Shown: piece after piece, positions 1-9,962 of the stretch
How positions within the stretch are numbered: position 1 is the first letter of the stretch
How the letters are laid out: the number at the start of each line of letters is the position of its first letter
From: a virus
Direction: 5' to 3' (one strand)
Virus record (IMG/VR): IMGVR_UViG_3300016469_000426
Location: 3,785-67,784 of that record
Length of the DNA stretch: 64,000 bases
Made by a program: the position numbers and the translations under genes
The notes under the pieces: model-generated
Seen by the model: only the letters and a program-made list of their open reading frames with translations
What the model was told of the DNA's origin: nothing
Databases searched by the model: none

Positions 1-1869
1 AACTAGAGAATTACCACCTTCGCAATTTACATATCTAACTCTACATGGACTACCTTCTGGAGCTGTAATTTGATAACAGGTACATACCGGTAACAAACTT
101 GCTGTTACAGCATTAGGAGCAGTGCAACTAATAGGGTTAAATACTTCAATAATAGCTTCAACACAAGTAGGAGGACAACATTGTTGTAAGAAACACTTGC
201 ACAAATCCGGGTCATAGATAGCCTTTAAATCAAGAATTTGTTTCTTGATTATCCAGATATCAGGATCGTGGTCACAACAAATAGTTATTCCATATCTCTT
301 GGCCACCATTTCATCATATATCTGCTCAGCGAATTTACAGCTGATCTTTTCTGTGTATTCTGGAGGACAGCCTGGAGTATAGTAACCTGGTTTTATCCTT
401 CTAGGATGTAACTCAAAAGGCGGAGGGGGTGGAGGTAGACATGCGTTACAGTCTTCAACACAGTTTCGGATCTCCCATCCGGATGGTAAAAGAATACCGT
501 CCAAACAAGGACCTATAGCTGTAATAGTAAAACAGTAGCAATTTGTAATACCTTGTGTGGTAATACAAATTTCAACTACTTGACCAGCAAAAGCACTAAG
601 ATTTGGATCATTACTGTTAAACCCTGGAATAGCTCCTGTACATTCAACAACGCTATAACACTGGGGAGGATTACAAGATAGACAATCTACAAAGCTGATG
701 ATCTGCGCATCAGAATCAATGACAGTTGCTCCTTGACAATCTGAAGCCAAAGTTACGGTCCAACATGTATTTCCATAAAGATCCGGAATCTGTATAACTT
801 GTCCTACAAAAGGATCTAAAGATTCCCAATCTAAAAGAAGAGGAGCAAGTGTTCCAGAACAATGTGTTAAAGTATAGCAAGTGGGTTGTCTAAACCAAGT
901 CCAAACAGCATTTATTCCATAAGGAGAAGTCTCAGAAAGTGTTCCGGATGTTGCTCCATTACTAGTAAAAAGAATATTGGCATTAGTTGAAAAAAAACCG
1001 TTTTGATTCTGGTAAAAGTGTCCAGCCAAATGTTCAGGTCCACCTACTAAAAATGGAGAAAGAACACTCCAAGTGGTTCCTCCATCAATACTTTTGATAA
1101 TAATATCATTAGCACCAAAAGCCCATAATTCATTATCGTTAATCCAAGTAAGGTGTCGACCATCACGGATCCAATCAAATACTTGATTAAAAGTATTACC
1201 AGCATCTATAGATTGAAACATTCTTCCCCTACCGCATGCAACAATAGTTTGTTGATCAGAAGATAGGTGAATACCGACCATCCCTTGAGCATTTCCACTA
1301 GAACCTACTATGAAGTTTCCTCCATTAAGTACGGTCCAAGTTACACCACCATCGTATGTTATAAGTACATGTTCTCTAGCACCAACGACTCCTATAAGTG
1401 GTGTAATAAAATGAACGCTAAGAAGAGAAGGTATTTGAGGAGGACAAGCAATGCATTCCTGCAAAGCCGGAACTTGAGTAGATAAGTTAAAGGTCAAACC
1501 TCCATCTGTACTTACAGCAAGATATCCGTTATCTCCTACAACAAATATGTTATTCGAATCGAGTACGAATACTTCCCACCAACTATAGGTGCCACCTACA
1601 TTTTGGTTTAGATTATAATTTCCACCGGGAATATACCAAGAAGCACCTCCATCAGTGGAAACATAAATACCGTATAGACTATCTTGGAATAAACCTTCTC
1701 CAACAACGAAAACTTTGTCTCCGTTATTAGGATCGGTTTCTACATCAAATAGTTCTCCGAAAAGAGGTAATGAATTTGAAACAGAGACATCTACCCAAAG
1801 ACCAGTAAGGTCGTCAAGTCTTCTGACTCCGCCATTATCACCAACGGTATATGTTTTAGCTATAGCCAT
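1..1869 (-). CDS. BNR/Asp-box repeat (beta-propeller-like) protein with Pro/Cys-rich C-terminal part; putative tail or receptor-binding protein. N-terminal portion only; gene continues past window start
   Basis: Minus ORF with ATG at 1869-1867 (TAATG overlap with upstream gene), open to nt 1; hand translation shows five S-x-D-x-G-x-T-W/F repeats (STDGGASW, STDGGLTF, TYDGGVTW, SIDAGNTF, SIDGGTTW), then PPPPPP and >30 Cys. Confidence 0.6.
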   Translation of the reverse strand, partial: MAIAKTYTVGDNGGVRRLDDLTGLWVDVSVSNSLPLFGELFDVETDPNNGDKVFVVGEGLFQDSLYGIYVSTDGGASWYIPGGNYNLNQNVGGTYSWWEVFVLDSNNIFVVGDNGYLAVSTDGGLTFNLSTQVPALQECIACPPQIPSLLSVHFITPLIGVVGAREHVLITYDGGVTWTVLNGGNFIVGSSGNAQGMVGIHLSSDQQTIVACGRGRMFQSIDAGNTFNQVFDWIRDGRHLTWINDNELWAFGANDIIIKSIDGGTTWSVLSPFLVGGPEHLAGHFYQNQNGFFSTNANILFTSNGATSGTLSETSPYGINAVWTWFRQPTCYTLTHCSGTLAPLLLDWESLDPFVGQVIQIPDLYGNTCWTVTLASDCQGATVIDSDAQIISFVDCLSCNPPQCYSVVECTGAIPGFNSNDPNLSAFAGQVVEICITTQGITNCYCFTITAIGPCLDGILLPSGWEIRNCVEDCNACLPPPPPPFELHPRRIKPGYYTPGCPPEYTEKISCKFAEQIYDEMVAKRYGITICCDHDPDIWIIKKQILDLKAIYDPDLCKCFLQQCCPPTCVEAIIEVFNPISCTAPNAVTASLLPVCTCYQITAPEGSPCRVRYVNCEGGNSLV

Positions 1870-2084
1870 TAAGGTAAGCGATTATGAGGTGGAATATATT
1901 TCACAGAAACATTGCTAGGAGCTACCTGTTGTTTTGGAGCTTGAGTGGGCGTGGTAGATGGTACGACTTTACCAATTTTTGCTTCATAAGAAGTAAGACA
2001 GTTTGAACAAACAGTTTTACCATCTGAAGCTTTGCGAGATTGGCATCCGCAAGATAATTTAGTGTTACAATTAGGACAAGTCAT
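1869..2084 (-). CDS. small Cys-rich (zinc-ribbon-like) protein
   Basis: 71 aa ORF, CPNC...CGC...CSNC pattern. Confidence 0.4.
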   Translation of the reverse strand: MTCPNCNTKLSCGCQSRKASDGKTVCSNCLTSYEAKIGKVVPSTTPTQAPKQQVAPSNVSVKYIPPHNRLP

Positions 2085-2102
2085 ATGTTGGTTTGTTGAT
2101 TA

Positions 2103-2654
2103 CTAGCACGATTTACAAGTCATCTTATCAAGAAGCTTTACTGCGTAGTTAAAAAGCTCCATACCTTTTTGAGGTTGATGACAAAATTCAACTTGGGCTT
2201 TTGCAGCATCAAGATACATTCGAATCATATTTAGCTGCTTAAGCTTTTCTTTTTTCTCGGCCGGAGGATCGCATGCAGCTACATCCAGATCACAGAGAAT
2301 GTTGTAGTATCTCCACATAGCTTTAGTCATGCGAAGGTGATTATACTCTACGTAAACTAAATCATTCGGTGATACGCTATACTTAATAATGTAAATTCCA
2401 TCTGGGAGATCACTGAAAACCGTACCGCATTGAGCAGTCTGAATTTCAAGATCACATGCTGTCAAATTTACAATAAATCCTGGTTGAATAACAGATTCAT
2501 CAAAAGTTACTGGTCGATTGAAGCCTGGTAAAGTGACCTGAAGAACAGGACACGCAACCTGCACTTGACTATTGTAAACGCTTGTGTCTACAATACGAAG
2601 GATACACTTATTCATTGTATCCGGTGCTTCAAGACTTAAAGAGTGTTGTGCCAT
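2103..2654 (-). CDS. hypothetical structural-module protein
   Basis: 183 aa ORF co-oriented in tight gene array. Confidence 0.45.
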   Translation of the reverse strand: MAQHSLSLEAPDTMNKCILRIVDTSVYNSQVQVACPVLQVTLPGFNRPVTFDESVIQPGFIVNLTACDLEIQTAQCGTVFSDLPDGIYIIKYSVSPNDLVYVEYNHLRMTKAMWRYYNILCDLDVAACDPPAEKKEKLKQLNMIRMYLDAAKAQVEFCHQPQKGMELFNYAVKLLDKMTCKSC

Positions 2655-2739
2655 TATTATCTATTGTAGACGTTAATAAACAAAAAAGGGAGAGGAGAAA
2701 TAAACTCTCACTCTCCCGTATTTTGAAGTAATATGTTCC

Positions 2740-4071
2740 TTAGATAGGAACCACGTTACATGGTGTACAATCGTACACATCCAATGTTACGCAGTTCGCA
2801 CAGTTTTCAAGCCATGTTGTGAGGAACGTCTCAAGAGCAGCATTACGGCCGGTTGAGATAATCTCCAACATGTACTGGTCGTTATCAAACACACCTGTTG
2901 GGTTGTTCAAACGAGGAACATTGTGAAGGATGAAGTAACGAGTGTAAAGCGCATTACGATTTACAGAGTTCAAGATTTGGTCACCCTGAGTGATTTCACG
3001 GATACGAATATCAGTCGCGAAGAAGTTTTGCAGATAAGACTCAGAAAGAATCAAGTCGCGAACAACTTGCTCTCCGAAGCCCATTCCTTGAAGACCGCGA
3101 CACTCTTGGTATACGCAAAGACCTTCGAACACGCAAGGATCTCCGTTGTAATCCACAAGAGATGCGTAGATCAACACTGGCTCTTTTTCGAAGAAGTCAG
3201 TCAGCTGGAAAGAGCAGTTTCCAAACTTTGTTTCTACGTAAGCTCCGAAGAGACGAAGACCAGCACATGCATTTGCAGTGTGTCCAGGAGACACATAAGC
3301 ACTCCACCATTGAGCCGGCGTAATAGCATTACCCTGTGGGTCAACAGTGCTGTTTGGCGGGAACCATGCTGTTCCGGCTTCGTCATAAACAATTGGGAAC
3401 AAGAATGGAGTTAAGTACTGGTTTTCAACGATAGCTTGAGCCCACTGGATCATTACTAAAGTTGAATCAACCGGAGTAGGTGTAGGACCTGTGCAACATC
3501 CGGTGTAGGCCATCACGGTCTGGTAAGCCTGGTGATTCAGGTAACGCAGAGCTGGAGATCCCTTCACATCAATGCGAAGGTAATAGGTCTCATCACAAAG
3601 GAACTTTTTGCAGCAAAGAGGATCCAATGGTGAAAGAGTTTCAGTGTACGGAGTGTTTCCGATAGAAGTCACAGACTGCTGAGGAGCACACTCTTCCACT
3701 ACGTACGCCTTACTGATGTACTTAGGGTTGATAATTTTTGACTTGTTGGACTCTTTATAACCACCATGGAAAGGTCCGATCTTGTCATTTGCTAACAGGG
3801 AACCTGAAGCAAGAACAAGAGGACAACAAGCATTGTTTGACGCAAAGGTCAAATCAACAGACTGATACGTCTTAGGATCAAAGAATCCATAGGATCCTGG
3901 TCCATAGATCGTGTTGGGTGCACCAACAGTATTACCAAGTGCAGAAGATGGAATCCCTGCTACTGTGATAAAACCATTCGTCATGTTGACGTTCGGGTTT
4001 TGACCGGCCCCAGCTCCGGTTACCTGCGTTCCTAAGAAGCGCTTGGTAAAGGCATGATTAAAATACGCCAT
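2740..4071 (-). CDS. hypothetical Cys-rich structural protein
   Basis: 443 aa ORF, many Cys pairs (CC, CxxC), tight spacing. Confidence 0.5.
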   Translation of the reverse strand: MAYFNHAFTKRFLGTQVTGAGAGQNPNVNMTNGFITVAGIPSSALGNTVGAPNTIYGPGSYGFFDPKTYQSVDLTFASNNACCPLVLASGSLLANDKIGPFHGGYKESNKSKIINPKYISKAYVVEECAPQQSVTSIGNTPYTETLSPLDPLCCKKFLCDETYYLRIDVKGSPALRYLNHQAYQTVMAYTGCCTGPTPTPVDSTLVMIQWAQAIVENQYLTPFLFPIVYDEAGTAWFPPNSTVDPQGNAITPAQWWSAYVSPGHTANACAGLRLFGAYVETKFGNCSFQLTDFFEKEPVLIYASLVDYNGDPCVFEGLCVYQECRGLQGMGFGEQVVRDLILSESYLQNFFATDIRIREITQGDQILNSVNRNALYTRYFILHNVPRLNNPTGVFDNDQYMLEIISTGRNAALETFLTTWLENCANCVTLDVYDCTPCNVVPI

Positions 4072-4153
4072 GTGTAATTGGATTTTAAGGTTACAAACAA
4101 ACTATTATAATATAGCAAAATCTTGTCACTTGTGCAAGACTCTGCAGATTTTT

Positions 4154-4687
4154 TTACAATCCTTCTCCCATCTCGTTATCGAGTAAGCGTAAAGCTAATG
4201 GATCAGATCCGAAAGTCATAAGCTTATCGAGCCAAGTTTGGGTTTTGTCATGCTCTTCTACCTGTTCTTTTAAGTAAGAAAGAGCTAATTCGTATAACAT
4301 GTGATCTGCTTGTTTAAAAGCATCGGCTGCTAAAGCCTTTATCTGCTTGGTAACAACGATTTCATGTTCAAAGCTATCTCTGATAATTTCAGCCAAACAT
4401 CCAGGAAACTCTGTCTTCGGCTTTTGTAACATAGGTGTTGCCGGCGTTACACCCATAGCCAGAAGATAATTACGGGCCCAATCGGCATGAGCCATTTCCT
4501 CATCAGAATATTTTTTCCACAACTTAGCAGCACCTGTGTAACCTTCGTTATTAAGGCACATAGACATTGCTAGGTATAAACGGGCAGAAGCCTCTTCTTG
4601 CTCTATTCGAAAATTGAGAAGTTTCTCACTCGCTTCACTTAAGAGTGGATTACGAGATTTACGCATAGGACGTTTTAGTGCTTCCAT
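4154..4687 (-). CDS. ferritin-like (non-heme ferritin family) protein
   Basis: 177 aa; di-iron ligand pattern LNxxIxxExxAxxxYLxMS...GxAxxxxxxSxEEMxHAxxxxxYLxxxG and E.E..I..L...A.....D......L..Y..EQ.EE matches bacterial FtnA layout. Confidence 0.75.
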   Translation of the reverse strand: MEALKRPMRKSRNPLLSEASEKLLNFRIEQEEASARLYLAMSMCLNNEGYTGAAKLWKKYSDEEMAHADWARNYLLAMGVTPATPMLQKPKTEFPGCLAEIIRDSFEHEIVVTKQIKALAADAFKQADHMLYELALSYLKEQVEEHDKTQTWLDKLMTFGSDPLALRLLDNEMGEGL

Positions 4688-5391
4688 TAGTTATTTTGTT
4701 CTACAGATTGAGATGCTCTCTGCATTTGGTTCAACGATTCGATATCACCGGCAATAATTTTAACAGCTTCGTCTATGAATACTTCCACCATGTCGTCTTT
4801 AAACTCGCAGGGAATATCGACCGTGCTTGTTTGTTGAGTATAAGGATCTACACAGTTTAACATCTGTATTCTCACCGGTTGTCGATAATAGTACAATTCA
4901 GTATTAACGACGGCAAATTTATTATCCGTATAAATACGGACCTTATTGTCAATAAGCGTACAAAAGGTTTCTCCCCATTCATAGCTAGGTTGCTTATTCT
5001 TATCTCGAAGTAACTCGTCTACGTTTGCTTCTTCAGCAAGATAAATAATCATTCGACGAGGTTTATCACAACAAGGATTTACAACTTGAGCTGAGATTCT
5101 TTTCCACTCCATATAATCTCCGGGAAGAGCGGGAGATTCATAAAAAAGTTGACGGTCTGTCATCACTAAAGGGAGAGGCTTGAGTAATCTCTGAAGATCA
5201 TCAATTCTTCTTTTAGATTGTTCATCTCCCTCTTGTTTAATATTAGTACCATGAAGATTTCTACGACACCATTCCACTTGGCCTTTGTTAAAAGCCTCAA
5301 CAACTTGCCAGCATTCGATATTATCATAATCGTTACTGGCAAGTTTGTTAAGACGTTGCTTAACCTTTAGGAATATGGTATTGTTATCCAT
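4687..5391 (-). CDS. hypothetical protein
   Basis: 234 aa ORF, ATGA overlap with ferritin-like gene. Confidence 0.5.
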   Translation of the reverse strand: MDNNTIFLKVKQRLNKLASNDYDNIECWQVVEAFNKGQVEWCRRNLHGTNIKQEGDEQSKRRIDDLQRLLKPLPLVMTDRQLFYESPALPGDYMEWKRISAQVVNPCCDKPRRMIIYLAEEANVDELLRDKNKQPSYEWGETFCTLIDNKVRIYTDNKFAVVNTELYYYRQPVRIQMLNCVDPYTQQTSTVDIPCEFKDDMVEVFIDEAVKIIAGDIESLNQMQRASQSVEQNN

Positions 5392-5403
5392 CCTTCAGAT
5401 TAC

Positions 5404-5567
5404 TTTTTAGTCGATCCGCCTTTTTTGTAGGAAGATGCAGATCCTCCGGTTTTACGTTTTCCCATAGAAGCCGCAGCACGTTTTTCGTCTGCACGAGTTT
5501 CAGGTTTGTTAGTTGCTTTGGAACCGGGTTTTTCTCCGCCCATAGCCATCTTTTTCTTTGCTGACAT
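5404..5567 (-). CDS. small highly basic Lys/Gly/Ser-rich protein (not in ORF track, <60 aa)
   Basis: Hand-read minus ORF MSAKKKMAMGGEKPGSKATNKPETRADEKRAAASMGKRKTGGSASSYKKGGSTKK. Confidence 0.25.
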
Positions 5568-5585
5568 ATGTGTTGATTTTAGTGG

Positions 5586-5750
5586 TTACTTGTTTTTCTT
5601 TGGCACGTCACAAGCCGTTTTATTCAAACCGCCAGTATAACGCGTTGGATTTTGCACAACTTCAGGAGCTTTATTCATTCCTCCTTTGTAGCGTGTCGGG
5701 TTTTGTACAACCTCTGGACACTTATTGCTGTTCTTCATATTTCCAGCCAT
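5586..5750 (-). CDS. small protein with internal tandem peptide repeat PEVVQNPTRY(K/T)GG(M/L)NK x2
   Basis: Hand-read minus ORF of 54 aa between two longer genes. Confidence 0.25.
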   Translation of the reverse strand: MAGNMKNSNKCPEVVQNPTRYKGGMNKAPEVVQNPTRYTGGLNKTACDVPKKNK

Positions 5751-5767
5751 GGTATCGTGTTTTTATG

Positions 5768-6784
5768 TTATTTTTTCCAGTATGCCTCTACCACACTTAA
5801 AAGTTCTGCAAGAACCTTATCGTTCATAGGATTCTTCAGATACTCCAAACATTCATGTGCGTTGCGTCCCATCATACTCATAGTATTCATATGGTAAATC
5901 ATACCATCAGATTTAGGGGCAATCAATTTGTAGAAGCTTGCATCTCGGATAAGAGCTTTCAGCTTTAAAGTTTCGATGTCGAGTTCTGAAGCCGCTAAGA
6001 ATTGTTCAGCCGCTCTACGCAAGTTTTTCTCAACCCCTTCTCCTGTAATGAATCGATCCATGTTGTCATAGATCACATCATTCGGAGTAGACTTCTTGTA
6101 CTGAACGCTATTTCCATCAACTACCTTAGCTACATACATAAGCTTGTTCTGATTGTTCTTAAACATCTTCTCAAGTTCTGCAAGAGCTTTGTTACGAAGT
6201 TTCTTAACTTCAGTTTTAGTAGCTACAGTATGAATGTCCTTATCCAGGTAAAACTTTGGTGCAACTGCTCGACTTCGTGCATCTTCATAACTCTTGGCTA
6301 CAATTGAAAACCCTCCGGCTTCAATTGCACACACCTTAATCATATCCCAAGGGTTATGTTCAGGATCAAGAGGAACAGGTTGGTTACCACAACGAACTGT
6401 GATCTTTTCCCAGAATTCATAATTATCTGGACGAAGAAGTTTTACCTTATTCCAAAAATCCGGATCTTTAGGATCCAGAATATTGGCGTTAAGCTCAGCT
6501 TCAAGTTGAGCAACCTTTTTGTTTATTTCTCTGATACGAGCTTCTCTTTCTTCTTCAGGAAGAACTTTCACATCAGGAGCAAAAGGATTCAATCCTGTAA
6601 CATAACGCTTAGTACCGTTCATCTCAATACAAGCAAGTTGTTCTTCATGAAAAACTCCCTCATAAACTACCATTTGGTAATTCTGAAGACCTAAATTCTC
6701 AACATTCGGGTCAAAGAACGGTCTAATTGCAATCTTCCCTTGGTCTGAAACCGTAGGAACTTCTGTCATAGTAATCTTACTCAT
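5768..6784 (-). CDS. hypothetical protein downstream of capsid gene
   Basis: 338 aa ORF. Confidence 0.5.
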   Translation of the reverse strand: MSKITMTEVPTVSDQGKIAIRPFFDPNVENLGLQNYQMVVYEGVFHEEQLACIEMNGTKRYVTGLNPFAPDVKVLPEEEREARIREINKKVAQLEAELNANILDPKDPDFWNKVKLLRPDNYEFWEKITVRCGNQPVPLDPEHNPWDMIKVCAIEAGGFSIVAKSYEDARSRAVAPKFYLDKDIHTVATKTEVKKLRNKALAELEKMFKNNQNKLMYVAKVVDGNSVQYKKSTPNDVIYDNMDRFITGEGVEKNLRRAAEQFLAASELDIETLKLKALIRDASFYKLIAPKSDGMIYHMNTMSMMGRNAHECLEYLKNPMNDKVLAELLSVVEAYWKK

Positions 6785-6813
6785 ACGTTGGTTTGTTGGT
6801 TTGTGTAATATTG

Positions 6814-6907
6814 TGCCTAGATCAGGATCGAACCTACCGTAACTCTATTTCAAGTAACCATCTAGGCATGTGCGCCATTGAGAGAGGGATCGGAAGTACC
6901 CTCTCTC
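6814..6907 (-). other. two tandem perfect 9-bp-stem hairpins immediately downstream of capsid gene; the distal one is tRNA-like
   Basis: gagagaggg/ccctctctc (6880-6907) and tgcctagat/atctaggca (6814-6868); the latter encloses GGTTCGATCC T-loop-like motif in minus sense. Confidence 0.35.
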
Positions 6908-6917
6908 GGCGCGGGTA

Positions 6918-8543
6918 TTAGAATGATCCACCTGTAATCGGGTTTCTCATCACGATTTTCAAAACTTTAGTTGGGTCTTTTACCCAGATTGCCGGCATCG
7001 TTTGGGTCATGTATACACGGTACCCGTTGAACTGTCCAGAAGACTGGAAGCCTTGAGTACGTCCCATGTAGTCCATGGTTCCGTTTTGATACCACCACTT
7101 CAACTGGTTATCCCAAGCAAGCTTCAACATGAAGATGTTGTCGTTTCCGGTATCAGTGATGTCGAAGATCACGAAACTGTAAGAAGACAATGGGTTACCA
7201 TCGATGATCGGATTCTCGATGTCGTTAGTATGAAGGTTGTCGAATGCTGGGTTCAGCACGAACTTCACGTTCGCAAGGAACGGAATTACGTAGCTGGTGT
7301 AAGCGAATCCGAAGCCGAGATCCATACCTTGACCTGAGATAGCTCCGATACCGTTATTCTGAGCAGCTTGAATAACAAGACCGGAGTTAGATGCTTCTTT
7401 CTTGATAGCCTCGTTAACAAGGCGCATACCGCCCATACCGGTTTGAACAATAAGCTGACGCTTAGGATCTGGACCCTGGAATTCCACACGACCAGCATAG
7501 AAGTTGTACAACTCGGCACGGAACAACTCAAGGTTGAACGAACTTTTGTTGTACACACGCTTGAACGAGTTGTCCAACTGCTTCCAAAGACCCACAGACA
7601 TACGGATATCATCCGGACCGTCTTGCTTAACACGACCACCATGACCCCACATCAAGTAGGTTTCGATGTCAGTGGCAATCTTTGTAAGGTGGGCAGCTTC
7701 CATCGTGGTAAGGAATGTACGGGTCAAAGTACCATTGGCCATAGCACGCTTCACGTAATCTTTACCCATTTTGGAAGCCATTTGCTCAATGGTTGCAATT
7801 GATGGGTCCAAACTCTTGTCAAAGTTACGCCAGATTTCAGTTACCGGAACTGTACCATCAGCTTTCATACCACCACGAGCCATAAGGTCTGCGCGGCTAG
7901 AAACGCTATAGTGAACATGAGCTTCTGAACCTCCTACGAAGTTATAGAACTCACGGAATCCTGAGCGAGTTGTGATGTCAGAAAAACGCTCCCCGTATTC
8001 TCCGCGAGCAGAACCTTTACGGAAAATTTTAGTACCGTTTGCAAGGTACTTGTTGTCAAGGAACTTGTAGTTGTCGTTGTTCACCAACTGAACTGTATAA
8101 ACAAAACCGTCTCCCAAAGGAAGGATGTCATCAGCAGTGATGTACATTTCACAACCGTTGTACTTGTCGTAGGTGATGATATCACCGTGACCAAACTCAC
8201 GACGGTTGATTTTGATTTTGAAGGTTGTACCATCAATACCTTTTTGGGCGTTGTTCGGTTCAATGTCTTCGATGATGTACGGAAGATCCTGGCTTACCGG
8301 AGTTTGCCATTTGTACTCACCGCGGGCATTGTCAACCATGATGATGTTTTTACCACCAAAAGATGACAGCTGGTACAGAGGCATTTCTACCTTCTGGGTC
8401 ATAGCCCAGATATCCACTGGACCTAGGTCCATAGGCTCTGCATCTTTCAGCATGTTCACCAAGTGGTAGCTGTCTACGTGAGAACTAGCCTGGTAGTTCG
8501 TGTCACGTAAGAAGAGACCATTGTTTAAAACTGGAGTGCTCAT
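6918..8543 (-). CDS. putative major capsid protein
   Basis: 541 aa ORF directly downstream of acidic scaffold-like gene, portal and terminase (canonical order); size and position only, no motif. Confidence 0.5.
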   Translation of the reverse strand: MSTPVLNNGLFLRDTNYQASSHVDSYHLVNMLKDAEPMDLGPVDIWAMTQKVEMPLYQLSSFGGKNIIMVDNARGEYKWQTPVSQDLPYIIEDIEPNNAQKGIDGTTFKIKINRREFGHGDIITYDKYNGCEMYITADDILPLGDGFVYTVQLVNNDNYKFLDNKYLANGTKIFRKGSARGEYGERFSDITTRSGFREFYNFVGGSEAHVHYSVSSRADLMARGGMKADGTVPVTEIWRNFDKSLDPSIATIEQMASKMGKDYVKRAMANGTLTRTFLTTMEAAHLTKIATDIETYLMWGHGGRVKQDGPDDIRMSVGLWKQLDNSFKRVYNKSSFNLELFRAELYNFYAGRVEFQGPDPKRQLIVQTGMGGMRLVNEAIKKEASNSGLVIQAAQNNGIGAISGQGMDLGFGFAYTSYVIPFLANVKFVLNPAFDNLHTNDIENPIIDGNPLSSYSFVIFDITDTGNDNIFMLKLAWDNQLKWWYQNGTMDYMGRTQGFQSSGQFNGYRVYMTQTMPAIWVKDPTKVLKIVMRNPITGGSF

Positions 8544-8572
8544 GTGTGATTAGATTTGATTGTTATTTATGG

Positions 8573-9844
8573 TTATCGCTTGAAAAAGTTTTGGCTCGGT
8601 CTCTGAAGCTTCTGTCCTGCACGCTTTGCTGTTTCGTCATCGTCATCATGTGACGGTACAGAAGAACCGGCTTTCTTAGCCTCTTCTGATTTCAACATTC
8701 GTACTGTTTTCTCAGTCGCATCTTTTTTACCATTCTCTCTTACCTTGGTGCGGTAACCTTCTGGATCAGACAACAGCCATAGAGCCTCCGCGATTAACGC
8801 ATGGTTAGGTTCTACATACTGATGTTTTTCTAGAAGATGTCCAAGGAGATTGGTAGGTCTACCCGAGATCGAAGGGTAGTTTGGTTGAACTAGACCAGCA
8901 TATAACATGCTTTGGGTCTTTTTGTCGAGCTTCAGGCCGTTCAATTCGCCTGGTTCAAGTACTTTGTACACGTTATCCATGTACATTTTTGCTTGCTGCT
9001 GTTGTTGTTTACGCAAGTTTTCTTGCTGTTGTAGCTGGCGGCCTACAATTTGTTGTTGCATTGCATCCAACTTCGGCTTGAACTTTTGAGCTTTTGCTCC
9101 TAGTTCATCACGGTCTTTCCAGCTGTTAATCTCCTCTTCAATTTCTTCAGAGGTACCAAACTGGGTTGCGTGAAGGTAAGCACGTACAATTTGTTCCTGA
9201 TCGTTTTCACGTTGAGGATCCAACTGGCGTACTTCTTCTACCTGGGCCAATGTACGGAACAAGCTTTTGAAATCTGTTCCACCATCTGCATAATACTTAG
9301 CAGCTACTTGAAGCTCTTCAGGAAGGTTATCGAAGAATTCTAATGGTACTTCTTCACGGAGCTTACGTTCTTTCTCAGCCATGTTAGCTTCGAAGAGCTC
9401 TTTAAAGTCTTGCACAGTGTATTTCTCGATTGGCTTGTCATCATCAAACGGAATAAGTTGCTTGCTTTCGATGAGCTGTTTTGTAAGCTCGATCATAGCA
9501 TTTTTATCCATTTTAGGACGACCGCCTTTATCTCCTTCCGGATTATCAAGATCGCTCAGGTCAATGTCGGGATTCGGATTCGGATTACCCTTATCTTTTT
9601 CAAGATCTCCTTTATCAGGATTTGGGTCATCATTACCCGCCCCGCCTTGATCATCGTCATCATCATTGTCAAGGAACGACATGTCTACAGGTTTCGCTGT
9701 AAAGATGCTTGGCTTTTCAACCGGCTTCTTTCCATCATTGCCAGGCAGCATTACCTGCTCGGCCCCTGGTGTACCTAAGATCTCATTAATGTCGACATCC
9801 ACGGTTGTTACGGTTGTTGTACCGTTTTCGTTATTATCTGCCAT
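8573..9844 (-). CDS. acidic low-complexity protein, scaffold-like
   Basis: 423 aa; DDDDD, NPNPNP, QQQ and coiled-coil stretches; between portal and capsid candidates. Confidence 0.4.
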   Translation of the reverse strand: MADNNENGTTTVTTVDVDINEILGTPGAEQVMLPGNDGKKPVEKPSIFTAKPVDMSFLDNDDDDDQGGAGNDDPNPDKGDLEKDKGNPNPNPDIDLSDLDNPEGDKGGRPKMDKNAMIELTKQLIESKQLIPFDDDKPIEKYTVQDFKELFEANMAEKERKLREEVPLEFFDNLPEELQVAAKYYADGGTDFKSLFRTLAQVEEVRQLDPQRENDQEQIVRAYLHATQFGTSEEIEEEINSWKDRDELGAKAQKFKPKLDAMQQQIVGRQLQQQENLRKQQQQQAKMYMDNVYKVLEPGELNGLKLDKKTQSMLYAGLVQPNYPSISGRPTNLLGHLLEKHQYVEPNHALIAEALWLLSDPEGYRTKVRENGKKDATEKTVRMLKSEEAKKAGSSVPSHDDDDETAKRAGQKLQRPSQNFFKR

Positions 9845-9962
9845 AATCTGTTGGTTGGTTATTGTCTGACTGACATTATAATATACGCAAAAATACGTTT
9901 TTAAACTCTATACGTTTACACCTTGAAGCTTTAGATGCAAGATTTGGCGCACTATATGACTA

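Noticed and set aside
2923-3414. Plus-strand ORFs lying antisense inside long minus-strand structural genes (also 7002..7337, 7368..7802, 9410..9778, 10098..10442, 12977..13234, 14507..15016, 18268..18612, 21243..21734 etc.)
   Set aside because: Fully embedded opposite to better-supported longer ORFs in a co-directional operon, with no independent signals.
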